Assembly: GCA_002633005.1 (NCBI GenBank)
Contig: NMRA01000178.1
Span: 534,062-598,061 of the forward strand
Source: Phoronis australis
Lineage: Eukaryota > Animalia > Phoronida
Reading direction: 5' to 3'
Length of the DNA stretch: 64,000 nucleotides
In this document: positions 9,291-24,300 of the stretch, piece by piece
Numbering within the stretch: the stretch's first letter is position 1
How the letters are laid out: the number at the start of each line of letters is the position of its first letter
Position numbers and translations under genes: made by a program
The notes under the pieces: generated by a model
Told to the model about the DNA's origin: nothing
The model's database searches: none
The model's input: only the letters and a program-made list of their open reading frames with translations

Positions 9291-12200
9291 CTAAAAGAAC
9301 AGAAGACAGATTGTTAGTCACAAATAACCAACAATGCCTCGCAAAGTCTACCAGTGTCCAAACTTCGATGGACAAATGCTGTACAGTTATCACGGAACTT
9401 GTACAAAAAACGTTTCAAAAATTCTAAAAAAAATTGGACAGTGCTAACAATTTTTAGTCTCCAAACCTTATATACAAGTTGTAAATCTATTTTCTAGTCT
9501 GCCACAGTCAGGGATCAAATCTTGGTAAGTCAGTACGTCTTTGTCAAAATTCATGCTAGACATATCGTTTCCTGCCCAGTAACATGTGATCTGCAGTAAC
9601 ACAGTAAGGGTGATATAAACCAGTACTGAACACTAGCCAGCACAGATGCACACTAAAACCACACAGACATACAAAATGCACAAATTCTTTTCTTCTGTTC
9701 CTGTTCCCAGTCAATCAACCTGGGTTAGCGCATACCAGATGCATTATGCCAGTACTTAACACTGTTCACAGTAATCTATGGCACAACGTGGGCAGGTGAC
9801 CAACAAGTGCCCAAGTAGAAACAAGTGCACAACACTGTTTCAAAGGCCGGATATCCCATCACAAGGCAAAAGTTGATTGACACCACCTCAGTTTTAAGTT
9901 TCAAGAGACTGTGTTGATTGTTATATTAGAATCACAAGCAGTAGCAAAGCATGGACATAGAATTGTTTTCAACGGCACATGGAAGACCACCATTTGAAAC
10001 TAATTAATGAAAATTATAGAGAAGTGATCGATTTGCTTACTCCTGATGCATGAAAAACATTCAAAGGATATTAGCGACATTTAACAAAAGGCACGGACCT
10101 TTATAAAACCAAGAAATTGATCTAAATGTCCTATCCCGCTGATTGCGAGCATTTTTTTCATCAGCAAATATAAGCAGGAGACAGAATCAATACAGAGAGT
10201 AAATAAACGGAGATCTTCTGTTTGCAGCATGGATACAGTTCCATTCATAAATCACGTACATGTCAAAGTTAACAACTAAACTAATAGTTTTGAATGGTTG
10301 GGGAGTACATCACTACCAGAAATGAGCAATCGGTGTCACAAAGCTCTCAACGTTGGCTTTATGGTGGTAATGTCAATACAAATGTCCCGGTTAAAAAAGT
10401 CTGTATAACAAACATAAATATTTAACCCGTATAGCTTCTACAAAACTAAGTACGACTTTCTAAAGTTCACAATATTGCACATACAAATAGAAACATGTCA
10501 CAAAATGCCAAGACATTTAATGGAGCATTCAGAAAGACCAGAGACAACATAGCAAAATTAATAAGTTTGATTGAGTAAACATCAGAGGACTCTGGGTATG
10601 ATGAAGCATTTACAAATAATAACGTAAATAAGGCAAATATCCTCAGGAGAGGACACTTTAAAAATAAAAAATATTGTAGGTTATGTAGGACACCAGAAAA
10701 ATTTCCTAAGTTATATAGTTTCACTTGCATTCAGATAGTCACATGCAGTGTTCAAACTTCAGCAAATAAATGTGCTGGCCTGCTGGGCCAGTTACTAGAA
10801 CATGAGACAACATCCCCATAAGGCCTATACGTCAAAGCTTACTGGCTTGGCCGCAAATCCACTGAGTCCTGGGCCAGCGTGTATTTCGAAAGCTGGTCAC
10901 ACGTGACCTTAAGCCAATGCTACTGAACTGCTTTCTACTCTCCATCTATTCAGGTGTAAAAAGACGACCCGAGCCTTTATTCATTAGCGTCACCTGGTGA
11001 ATGTCAAGTCTCGCACTGGATACTTTTTTATATTTTATTGATAACTGTCTTCCATACATATTCATTTGTCAGACGTGTGAGTGACAAATAACAAATAGCA
11101 ACATGTCTTCACTCACCTGATAGATGACCTCAGGGTAGCCATCTTTTTTGTAAGTGGCCTCAATCTGGTCCAATTCCAAAAGGGCTACTTTCTTGCCTGG
11201 CATGTTGCGAATGACGTCTTTCCAACGTTTTACACCCAGTAGTCGACTGACATAGAGGAAAAGGTCATCGACAGTAGAGTCTGAAAACGTATAACATGAC
11301 ATGAAATGCACCACATAATATAATTACTAAATAATGATAATACAATGTCTAGTTACAATGAATGTTGGGCTTTGATAAGGAACACAAACCATGCAAATCT
11401 ATTTATTACAGCTACCACCTTTTGGCGACTGTTCAGACTTCAACTGAGCAATTTCTGATGACTCAAAGAGCTGGCACAGTCCAGCAGCACCTACACTTGA
11501 GATGACGCGGACAGACAAGTAGACAGAATAAAAAAACAACGTAAAAACATTCAAAAAGGAAAGGGGTAAAACAGAAGGCATAGAGTTGTGGCATGTTCTC
11601 TTCCTGTGTCAGAGCAAACATAGCAAATAAATTCCTACACAATGCGCCATATGTCCTGTGACAACACTCACTTAAAGGTAAGTCGGGTAGCTCCTGCCCA
11701 GTCGGTGCAGTAGAGTTAAGCCTCTCTAGATGGCGCCGGTTGCTGGGAATGTTCAACTCCGTTGCATTGAATGTGAATACGCTGTCCATGGATTCCGCAA
11801 TCTTCATGTTGGCAGCTGTGAACAACAAATACGTGATGAAGGCAGGTACAGATATGCAAATACTAATATGACAAGATATGTGAACAAATCGAGACGACAT
11901 ATTTCGCAGTTTTGCAAGCATTTCAATTCTCAGAAACTCAATAATAACCACACAAAAATTCTTGAATAAAACAGTTTCACTTTATTCTGAAAGCATACCC
12001 ATTTTAGTACGGGCTGGCTCATCACTACAGGCTCAAATAAGGTCAGTACAAACCATAGTGAGGTTCATATTGACCTTATTTGAACAATTGATGTTGAGCT
12101 ACTACATGCATGTTCACAGCATGAAAATGCTTTCGTGTTTTGATCATTGTGGTTGGGTACAATTGTTAAGTTTTCACATAACTGTTGCCAAAAACTGATT

Positions 12201-15200
12201 TCAGTTACTTCAAAACACCAGTAGAATAAGAAATCTCCAAAATGTCCACACCAAATTGTCACCCAGTTCATTTTTAACAATAATAGAAACATTAAAAATA
12301 ACAAAACGTTTCACGGGAGTTATCAACCACAAAACAGAAATGTTAAAATTTCATACCCTCAATTCCTAGGGCAAGCACACAGAACTGGTAAACAGCTTAT
12401 TGGAGCACATTTCATTCACGAATACATAATTCTTGTTTTAGGCAATGGAAGACATTTGTTTTCCATTCATAAACTCTTGACCGGTAACAATGTCACAATG
12501 CCTTCAAGCATAGGATGACCTTTGTAACAACTGAATGACCCCATTAAAGGGGTGGGACCCAAAGATAAGATTGATTGTAATCCATAGATTTAGATAAGAA
12601 ACACATGAATGGCTCAATGGCAGACACTTGGCCAAGCCTGTATTTGTTGAAGTGTATTATTATGATTATGTGTAGAAGCAGTAGTATTATGAGCAAAACG
12701 TTCAGGCATCAAACCCTAGATCACAAGTTTGTGGTGGATAAATTCAAAATAATTGGATTACTTGTGGAATACTTGAATCTTTCAAAAACGAGTTTTGGAT
12801 TGAGACCACTGATATTTGTCAATATTTGGATACCAAGGGTTATTCAAAATGCAGAATTATAATACTGTAATTGAAACATTTCACAAGTATAGTTGTAGGT
12901 TTTGAGTTGCTGGAAAACAAGAACAAACTCCAGCAAGTCTTAGAGTTCATTTGTCACATAATAAGTCTGGCACTCACCTGCAGGAGATGCTGGCGGCGAT
13001 TCAATTGTGTCGACGGATCGTATACTATTGGACCGACGTCTGATACGTCCAATAAATTTAGCAGGAGTCTTTGGTGCATTTGGATCATCTGAAATAAAAT
13101 AGATGACAGGTTACAATCAACACACGCTAATAATTGACACACATCTCCAAACCCTTTTGAAAACCTGCAACTCTGTTACTAGTCCTTTTGATGAGAGCGT
13201 CATTGAGACGCTGGAATTTCATAGTGAATAAAAACCCAATATAAAAGAAAAACTTGGTCATGAACTTATAAATGGAGCCCCCAGGTACGCAATAACCGTC
13301 TAGTGACCTGCATAGAAGTTCAAAAGTCCTGCAGCAATATGACAGAGCTCGCCAAAACTAAAGCTCAAATGTATTTTCCAACATGGGAATTGAAAGAAAG
13401 AAAGTTTGACTTTGCTTCCCTTGTAAAACCAGCCTGATTAATGTCTGTAATGTTTTAGAACCACATAATTAAACTGTCAGCCTTATGATTCATCAGGTGC
13501 TGATAACTGTCTGTTAGGTATTCAAAGAGCACTCTTAACACTGGCAATAGAAAAATTATAAAGCAATGAAAATTTGTCATTGTTTTAGTGACTTGATGTG
13601 CACTTCAGCAAAACTGGGAGCGAGTCACAGGAAAAAGGGCATGCTATTGTCTGCTATAAAAGTGAGACTGCAAGCACTTTCGAAGGTCCATATAAACCTG
13701 CAAATGCAAAATGAGATGAAACAAGTTTCAGAGGACTGAACTTGCTAACAAGGCTGAGCCTCACCTAACAAATCTGAACAATTAACTTTTCAAGCACCAA
13801 TACACAGCCTTCCATCAGTAATTCTTTTGATTTAGACCACAAACCCAGTCGAAGTGGGCTTAACATTTCCCACTGAAGCAGAATTGTGCAACACCTCACT
13901 ACAATCCACCAATTTGAGAGGAGTTGAGACGGTAATCGAGTCCGGGAGTTAAGCTTTCCCAAAGAACAGAATTCCGCAAAACAGGGGACTGAGGGGAGTC
14001 GCAGTGTAGGTGGGAAAGCGGCCTAAATCAAAATTCCGCATCTTAGAAAGCGCATGGGTATATAGCTGCTTTAAGCAATGCGTACATGACTGGACTTACC
14101 CAACTGCTGAAAACTAGACAGCATGTTGTGAAGACCTCTTCTCTTTGGGTCATCTAGACTGAGGTTCAATGGCGCATGCAGTGATTTCTTCAACAGCTCA
14201 TACTCCGTGTACACAATGGGTGTACTCTCGACCAAGGGCAGAGACTGGTCCTTGAGTTCCTGTGCCTTACTGGAGTCTCGCTGCAGCGTATCAGAGGGGT
14301 TCTCCATTGCAAGCATGTCGTTCATTTTGTCCACGTTAAAACTCTTACGGGAACAGATCCTGCGTCTATACACAACGAACAAGGTGATAGACACAGTCAG
14401 CGCAATGGCCAGTACTATTGCCACCCCTATAAATATAATGTCCTTGACTGTCCACGCTTGCGACTCATCATTCTTTGTTGGTCGGATTGTTTTCGGATAA
14501 CCTACAGCAACAACAGAAGATACGGTAAGTAAAGTCACCTATGAGAAAACTTCAGCAGAGGTCAAACAAAATAGTACAACTTGTTCTGTTCCACATCCGA
14601 CTCATTTTGAAACCTGCACCCCATTGTCTAAAGGAAAACGACTCGATGGGCATCAATCACTTTAACCAAGTTCACTTTTTTCAAAAGCTACACAACATAT
14701 CCAGGTAGTTTTTTACCAAGTGGCTTTAATTGACAGCTGAGCAACTGTCACCTCTTTAATTGATGAAGAACATGCTTTCAAAGGCAAGCAGTGCAGTTTT
14801 GAGTCATGAGCCGACCTCCAAATTCATTATTCACGACAATACTAGACAAGATTTGGGCTTTTTAGACTAAATTTCACAATCCAAGTAAAGTGGAGACTAC
14901 CAGTGGGTATCCAGAAGAGGGAGCTCCTGCAGCGGCTGACAAGAGACATACTGTGCATCTCCACCCTTAGAATGTGGGAGTCAAAACAAGTGTGTTTTTG
15001 TTGTAAATTAGAGACATATTGACCAGGAACATCAAAGGGGCTTCATATGGACACCCCGGTGTGAAACAAATCATGAACACAGCTCACCTTCTGACAGGTC
15101 ATCAGCACGCTCTGATGGAGGGTCAGGAGTTTGGGAAGGTGGTCGTGCTTTCAATTCATGGCCTATTTCTACAAGAGAAAGATAAGGAAGTTATACTTGC

Positions 15201-18200
15201 TTATTCAAAATTGTCTTCTGCATGCCTCAAAGCATGCAGTTTTTAAGTCATAAACACAGAAACGCCTTTCTCAAGAGCCATTGTGCCTCCAAAACAATAG
15301 CATTGTATGTTCATCCTTTTTCAGAATTGACAACAAATTTTAGACACCCACATACAGCCTTGTTGCTTAGGCAATATAACCCAACTTATCTACAAAAGCC
15401 ACCTAGTAGGTTCAGACACAAAGCATAAACAAATAGTCATTTTTTTCTGGAGCACATAAATCATTGTTAGGAAGTATAGGACAGACTGGTGCACCCGAGG
15501 CTTTACAGAGTTTGGCCTCCGGAATCTTTAATCTACACTGTCCATTTGCACCATTTATGTTTCAATGCCCTGTGCAAGAGTCAGAATACAACTTACAGAG
15601 AATGCCGACTTCATCTGTTTCCACACAATGCAAACCATTAAACTCAACATACCACTAAGTATCTATCATATCATAAAAAACCAAACTTATCAAATGGGTT
15701 TCTTTAAAACATAGATCAAAGGATGCTCAACAGTGATATTCATGAACTGGTGCATAGGAAACAAAAATAAACATATTTTATCGAACCCTTTTGTGTCTGG
15801 AGACTGGAATGTGCTTTGAAGCAATCAAGCAAGGGAGACCTACCAGATCAGCATTTCAACCAATCTGAGAATTTATCTACAGGAAACACATTTTTGTAAT
15901 CAACATGCAGTTGCACATTTACCCAGGACTTATCAACTGATAAATTCTAGGACATTGAGGCTCAGAATCTTGAAGGGGTCTATAAAGTTATCATAACCAT
16001 TCTTTGAAAACACAACTGAACTGAAGCCCTTGGCAACGATTGATCAACAGAGTTCAGGATGACGCCATGTTGAAATCCTGCAAACCACACATAACGGGTG
16101 GACAATGGTGATTCCTTCAAGAGGTAACAACAGCCTGCTTGAACAAGGCCTGAATGGACCAAGGGGCATTGAGTAAAATAAGCACACAGGATTTGTTAAG
16201 ATAACAAATGCTTCCGGATTTTTTACATTAAAGAGCCAGCCCACAGCCAAACACAGCAGACAACTTCAGTTCTGGGATGTCAATGAAAACTAGGACAAAA
16301 ATTCTTCATGTATTACACGCACAAATAATTGGCAAAATTGATTGTCAATTTTCTATTTGTTATCTCGAAGCAAATCATGGCAATTTTGACAAATGTTGTT
16401 TTTAATTTATAACAGATCTACACAATAGAACACACTAAGCTAGCCATAGTCTTTCATAACATTTATTTTTGTTGAGAAATTCACAAACAAATTTTCACTC
16501 GCCAAAAGAAAACTACAGAAATATCTTAATTCTGTTTCACTTTCAAAGAGAGATGACTAAATGGTACCACACTGATGACAGGAATACAACAAATGGACAA
16601 AGTGTTAGGCTGCAATCATGAGATAATTCTTATTTTCATATAATTTATAATCTTGAATAACTATTAATACATGTAAACAAGCAGGAACAAATTAACACTG
16701 TACAGCCAAGATGACAAAACCAATGAAGAACATGCTGAAATATTTAGCATAGAGCCAGTTATTAATGGCCTGAATTATATATTACATTCGCTCCTGATTG
16801 GATAAAATGAAGATAAACAACATTTTAAGGCTTAAGGCGGAGGTAAGCTGGCTGTAGACTATTACCTTCATTACATAGAAACCTCTGAAGGAATGCATTT
16901 GCAGGTCTGTTCAGTAAGGGTTCAAGGGTTTGATTAAGTCGAATAATTTTTTATGCTCAGAAATCACCAGGAATTAAAATCGCAGTACACTTGAGGCATG
17001 CTACTGGCATGATAACCATGTGTTGATCTTAGCGATAGTTAGTAAGGAATTTGTAACCAGGATGTAGAGCAACGAGCTTCCTGGAAATATCTTTTTAGGT
17101 CTCCTTGGCAAACTATATGTATGTAATTATTTAAAGCATAAAGGAGTAAAATGAGTCACAAATTGGCCATCAGTGAGGTTATCTAAGAACAAATAAAATA
17201 ACATAATAGCATGCTTCGAGACATGCTTTTAAAAATTAGAGCAAGATACCATGAATAAATCCCAGGCTCACAACTAGCGGCACCATTTGATAAGACACGG
17301 ACGCATATATGCCAAGTTTTGTTTTACTTTAATTTTTCACCTGTCAGACTAAACAACTTAAGTTCGGAAAGACGTAGAATTTTACAACTGCAATTGTACC
17401 ATTGTACCATGTCCTAGGGTGAGTTTTAGGTGTTTATGTATTAAAACCTATTTAACATACTAAATCAAAGTTTGAATTCACTAATTTTTGGATTTCTAAG
17501 TCTGACTTTTATGTGTTGTCCTTTGGCTGCTCCCTAGCAGGTCCAAACTTACCAGTTATAGGCAGCTCATTGTGGATATTATCAGGCTCAATGCACTCAT
17601 AGTCAGACCATTTCGTGCCTGTTCTTGGTTTAGACTTCTTGCCCTGTGCCTCACAGTCAGTGTGTTTCAGACATGGATAGTCCTTGGAATAAATGCTTGA
17701 GTAATACCCAGCAGGGCATTCTTCACACACAGTGTCCGACTTTGTGGTGCCTGCAACAAAGATGGATACTTATCCGTGTGGCAGAAAGTTAAGTGTTGAC
17801 TCGACAGCTTCTAGTGTGAAGAAAACATGCGCATGGCTAGTGATGCAGGCCATTGACAACATACTTTTGTGTTAAGCGAGCATAAAGAAGCCACTTCAGG
17901 TCCGATCTGCCTTCAAACCCCTCTTGTACTGAATGTCAAGCTATACAATGCAGCAGCTCAGACAAGGGATAACTGTGAAAGCAAGCAGCAGAGAACAGAA
18001 ACACTCTGACCTCAGCATTTCAAATAAAAGTTATCCAGCATTGGAATATCTATCACATACTATGGAATTTTCAAACAGAAACGACTTCAATGACTGTACT
18101 CAAACTATTTGCCAAGTACTTTAATTTTTATCGTGTTCGAGACTATAAAATTTAACACAAAACCACCTTAGGAAATAGGTGATAAGTAAGTACAGCTAAA

Positions 18201-21200
18201 AGACATGTCAAACGTAAATCCTATTACCAACACTGATACTAAGCGATATCCTCAGTCAATAGGTAGACAGGAAGTGAACACTTGAGACGAAGCAAGATAT
18301 CGAATACAGTAAGATTAAATATGACATAAAATGATCACGGGAATCTGATTTCCAACTTATAAGACTGGTTGCAGTAATGCAGTTAAAATGTGTTATTTAA
18401 CGTTTAACAAGAAAGGACCCTGGGTGCTCATGGCAAATTACATTACAATGACATAATTATCCATCATGCCTTTCAATTAAGCTCACTTCAAGCTGAGAAG
18501 TCCTAATCCTATACCAAAGTCTAATTTCAACGCAGTTCATCCACGGCGGCTGAAATGGGTTTTCCAATTTTCCGAGGCATCCGTGACAGATAACACGTGA
18601 CACTGTTTTGGTGAACTCACATGTCAAAGTTTTGGTATGTTATTGCGGAGACATGGTTCTGTAATAAAAATCTGAGTCATATCCAAATCAGCTTTTTTAT
18701 TCTGGACAATCCAAAGCTACTACTAGCAAGAAACAATTTGGGAGTCCAAATGCTGAGCAGGGCGTCCTAACTGGGATGTCTAGATGAGGGCCTGCCTTGG
18801 GGGAATTTCTGACAGGTCACAACTCACAACATAAGTACTCACCGAGTTTCTTCACTCCCCATCCTGGTTCACATGTACGGTGCTCCACACATTTGGATGA
18901 GAATGACCTCGGGTCATAGGTGAACCAGTACCCCGGCTTGCAGTCACACTTGATATCGCTGGTCTTCGTACAGTTGGCCACCTTCACCTCATTCTGCCGG
19001 CGACAGGTAGTGCGGCAGCGAGAACAAATCTTTCTGTGGGTGTCGAAGCTCGTGAATGTTCCACGGGGACACGCCCTGCACACAGTGGTGCTGAACTCCG
19101 TACAGTGTGACTTCACATGGAACCCAGCTGGACACATGTTACATGGTATCCCATTGTGATTGTAGATGTTGGTTGCCAAACACACAACCTGAAATTATAA
19201 CAGGCAATGAATTTTAGACATTAAAGTGGACCAAAGATTCAAAATCTGATATGGCCAAGTGTTCTCGAAAAGCTGTTTTGATTCAAAGCGGTTGTGACCA
19301 TTGTGAGTTTGAATTTTGCGGTGACGAGTTTGGCACCCCATCATCGAGTTTGAAACGCAATGCAAAAATTTCTTCTCAAAGGAAATGTCATTTCTTCAGT
19401 GACACTGGGGCTATTTGGGCCCAGTTTACTGAATTGATCGCAAGACTAACATACAAATCCTCACAATGGGGACATGCATTTTTCAATATACTGAAACATT
19501 TTGTTATTACCAACTACTGCGAATTTTCTGCTACAGAGAACACAAGTGGCCACACAATTAAAAGTTCACTTAATGAATTCTTACATTAACTTTTACTGCT
19601 GTTATTATAAAACTCTTATTTTAACATTAAATAAAATGCATAAAAACACAATTCGTTATTTCCAGTACCGAAAGCACTAACTGGCATCTTGGTAGTTAAT
19701 TGCAATTAACTTCATTATTTGGTGTGGATTCTGTTAAACAATGAGCAACACATGTCACCTAACATGTGATCTATGACGTAAAGGCCAGGACTGTGTGTTC
19801 TCTAACTCTCCCCACTGGCTCACATGTGATCTATGACGTGCAGACCTGGATTTTATGTGTCCCCTAACTCTCTCCACATGTTCACATGGCTAATTTGTAA
19901 TCTGGCTCCTCTTGTCAATAGCAGAATTTTGATGGTCTCCTGCAGAGCACAGCCATTCACACCCAGTCAGGGGATTATTCAGTGGGACTGAAGAGTCATT
20001 ATTTATTCCCTGTGGGCTGTGACTCATCTAATTGAGATTTTACTGCCTTATATTAAAGTTGTATTAAACCTATGCGTTTCGTTTCATCAAAAAAGTTTGA
20101 TTTACCGGAGGACTAGCACAAGTAAGAAATAAGGTCTCAAATTCTTCCTTTGATAAAACAGACTCGAGTTATTACTGGACTTGGAAAGATCTGAAAATTA
20201 GAATATTTTTAGACCAGGCACAAAACATTCTTGGCCACCTGAAAATTTTATGAGCTTGGAGAACTACACGTTCTTCCTGGGATTTGGAGATCACTTCTAC
20301 GGAACACGACCAATATATACAAGTGAATGAAATCAAAGCTTGACAAAAAGCACTGGTTTAAATGCTGCTCCAATGAATTAATAAAATTGCCGACTAATTT
20401 CACAATTAATCAACTTCATCTCAAACGCGATGTCTCAACTGCGTTAAAGATATTCATTAAAAACAAAAACAGTTTCGTTCAAAGTGTTTGCTTTGCTCTG
20501 CAGAGTTGCATTTGACGGGCAGGTCAGTTTGGTCTGTGTATTTGACTAAAACTCCATTAAACCCCCAGTTTGTCACAAGGCAAATATTAACTGGGGCTGT
20601 GTTGACTTAAGCTCTAACAATATGGCTTTACTTTCAGTCAACAGGAACATTTGAGAGCACAACTTTAACAATAATATACCAAACAAACTTTGTGTGTGAA
20701 ACTGGACTGTGGAAGTTCTGCTAGGCAAAAATGGATGACAGATTGATCAAGCACTATCTCGACACAAGACATGAGGCATTTTTTGGAAATTAAAAAATTG
20801 ATTTCGCCATGGTAATCATTACACGGAGTAGAATAAAAGTTTCAGCAAAACATATGAGATGGGGATTTTCCATTGCTATTAATGACATCAAAAGCTTAAA
20901 ATTTTTGACACTGAAACCCTACAAACCCTGCAGAGAAATTGCAAATTGAGGCTTCATAAACAGAACTTTTATAAGGAGATTATAGATAAAATTCACATAC
21001 TTCATTTATACAAAACCTCAATAAGTTAGTATCAATTTATTATAAACCCAAATTTTCACCTTTTATCAGTAATTCAGTTGAGGCGAACATTTACATGATT
21101 CAGTTATTTGACTTCTTAAAATTAAAATTCACCACAGTTGCACCTAGATGAACCTAACCCACACAAATTTTTCATTGACATTCTGTGATTGCTCAATTGG

Positions 21201-21306
21201 TGCAATAAAATTGTGCTGGGTGTCATACCTAATTATCGTAATTCAATATGACAATTTTTACTCATGTCATGCACAATATGGCCGACAAGTGAAATAATAA
21301 TAGAAG

Positions 21307-21338
<32 letters not shown>

Positions 21339-24300
21339 ACAAAAACAACAGTAACAGAAATAATAATTATTACTATGATGATTATTATTATTCATGATGA
21401 TGAGGAGTCTTGCTGTAGAGAAACCTAAAAAAATACAAGAAAAATTTGGTCACATTCCAGACAGGCAATTGACTGCTGAGTTCATTACAGCAAGCCAACC
21501 ACCTGTGGCTATATGAAGGTTTTGTGTGCCACCAAATTTATGAATGGGGCTGTTGTGTACTTGGGTTTTTCTATGATCAAAGGCTAAAATAACAACACAC
21601 CTTTAAACACCCTTCATATATCCACAGGCTAAGAAAACAGACAAGAGCAGTACAAATACTTTGGCGAAACATGAGAAATTGGCTACCTCACGCTGCGCTG
21701 CGATTGACCAGTAACTTTTAGGGCTAACTTTTAACATGGCTTTTGAAAGCAGCTAAAACTTAAATTAAAAATCAAATTAGGGTCAAATCATGCATAAAAC
21801 ATGACCTGTGGCCTCATGGTTCAGGCAGCAGACACAACTGGATAATTTTATGAACACATGAGTGAGCAGGTATTCAGTTGGTTTAACCACACCACTTCTA
21901 CTCAGAAGCTAAATCAACACCCCACACAAAACTGGAGACCAACTTTAATAAAAGACATCCTGTGTTTTCTTGTCTACCCTATAGCCCTGGTGGTGGTTGT
22001 GGTAAACCCCAGCAAGCTTGAATTAGTTGCAAATCAAACAGACTGTGCCCATCCCCACGAATGATTATTGGGTTTGCCCATAGAAAGCATAGTTGTTTCT
22101 GGTCCTTGAGGTTTTTGACAATTGGAGTTGGGGATGCGGTATCCATTTTTAAATGTACACTCTTCAAAACAAAATATCCGCCCGAGACGAGCAAAGATGG
22201 TGCAGGATTTTTTATTTTTTCTTCGTTTGTGGCTTGGCAAATTGTGGCCTTTCAAACCTTGCTCGTTTTAGTCAGGTAAGCCTAGGTCACAAAATGAGTC
22301 AGGGTAAATCTCAGAACCAACTTTGCTTTTCTGGCCTTAGTAGCAGCGAGAGAAAGATGCACTTGAAACACTCATTAACAGTTTCGTGTGTACCTTTGAG
22401 TTAATGGCTTTTTACCATGGAGTTTACTGTGAAATGAAATTCATTTTTAATTTTAATGAACGGATCTGAAATCCCCAACAAACTCCCAAGTTTAAGAGAA
22501 ACCATACGGTAGCTACGAAACATGCACTATATTGCACAGGACAGCTTAGTGAACTTGAACAAAAAACACTTAAGCCAATTTCCAGGGATCTATGTAATAC
22601 ATACCCGCAAATATTAAACTTGAAAATAATGACCATCAAAATTACTTAATTTAGGAAAGTCCTTTCAATTTGGGGACACTTCGAAATATCAGAACTTTTG
22701 CAAATTTTTATTCAAGAGAACATCTCAGGGCTTGGAAGTTGGAATGACCATTGACAAGGTGAAAAATTTCTCAGCTAATGTATTGCTCCACAAACAAGTA
22801 GGCTTGAGTGATGCAAATAATTTTTGTGCTGTAACATAAATGTGAAATAAACATTTTTGCATGAATAAAGTCAAAATAATGACAAGAAGAGAAAAAAGAT
22901 GAAACTGGATACAAAACAAGAAAATTGACATCAGAAAAGAGGAAATTGACATCAGAAAAGAGGAAATCCTTGTTAAAAGCAGAAAATACCAAGCCCTGAC
23001 ATTTCCTAAAAAGAAAACACGGGTAAAAAACTCATTTCTTCGACGTGGCCAAATATTCTAACAATCCACATTTTTAAAAAAAAGTCAAGTATGTGGCATC
23101 AAGGAACTTATAAAACCCTAAAAGATGGACTGTCATAAAATGACACATTATGAGACATAAATACATGTGCTAAGTTTTCTCAAGTGAAAATCTTTCCACG
23201 CACAGACCAGTTTCTGACTGGAATATGCTGATAAATTTATAACGCCATGTCATTTTTGGCAAACTGGAAGGTATGGTTTAATCTTGGGGTGTATTTATTT
23301 ATTTTCAGTGGAGGAATTAGCGTGAGAACCTAAGCTAGCTGCTAGCATGTGATGGGAACAGTGTTGGAATGTGGTAATGACTCCAACAGACACCACTGAG
23401 TGCATGGTCAGTGTATACAGGAAGAGAGCCAGCAAGTTTAATTTGTTCTGCCACCTACAGGAGGTGTCTCATCCATGTCACAGAAATGCGGTTTAATTAA
23501 TTGAACTCAAGGCCAACATTCATAACAATTAAAGAATGTTTTGATAATGTCATACTCAGTCAAACCAATCTGACCAGACAACTGCCCTCCCTAGCCAGTC
23601 ACCTCAAGTTCAGTTGGTGCTCACTAGACTGAACCAATGAGCTATATTTGACTGGACATAGTGACATAACATTCTGACTGGTACATCAGANGCAAATTTT
23701 TATTCAAGAGAACATCTCAGGGCTTGGAATGACCAATGACAAGGTGAAAAATTTCTCAGCTAATGTATTGCTCCACAAACAAGTAGGCTTGAGTGATGGA
23801 AATGATTTTTGTGCTGTAACATAAATGTGAAATAAACGTTTTTGCATGAATAAAGTCAAAATAATGAAGAGAAAAACTGGAAATCAAAAAAGAAAATTGA
23901 CATCAGAAAAGACGAAATCCTTGTAAAAAGCCGAAAATACCAAGCCCTGACATTTCCTAAAAAGAAAAAAAATCATTTCTTCGATGTGACTAAATATTCA
24001 AACAATCCAGATTTAAAAAAAAACGTCAACTACGTGGCATCAAGGAACTTATAAAACCCTAAAAGATGGACTGTTATAAAAGGACACATTATGAGACATA
24101 AATACATGTGCTAAGTTTTCTCGAGTGAAAATCTTTCCACGCACAGACCAGTTTCTGACTGGAATATGCTGATAAATTTATAACGCCATGTCATTTTTGG
24201 CAAACTGGAAGGTATGGTTTAATCTTGGGGTGTATTTATTTATTTTCAGTGGAGGAATTAGCGTGAGAACCTAAGCTAGCTGCTAGCATGTGATGGGAAC

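Noticed and set aside
11723-11737. CTCF-like motif tctctagatggcgcc
   Set aside because: Falls inside TNFR coding exon 7 and is explained by codons (RRHLER)
15980-16077. Possible additional TNFR stalk exon (GFQHGVILNSVDQSLPRAS)
   Set aside because: Acceptor is plausible but there is no phase-compatible donor before the stop
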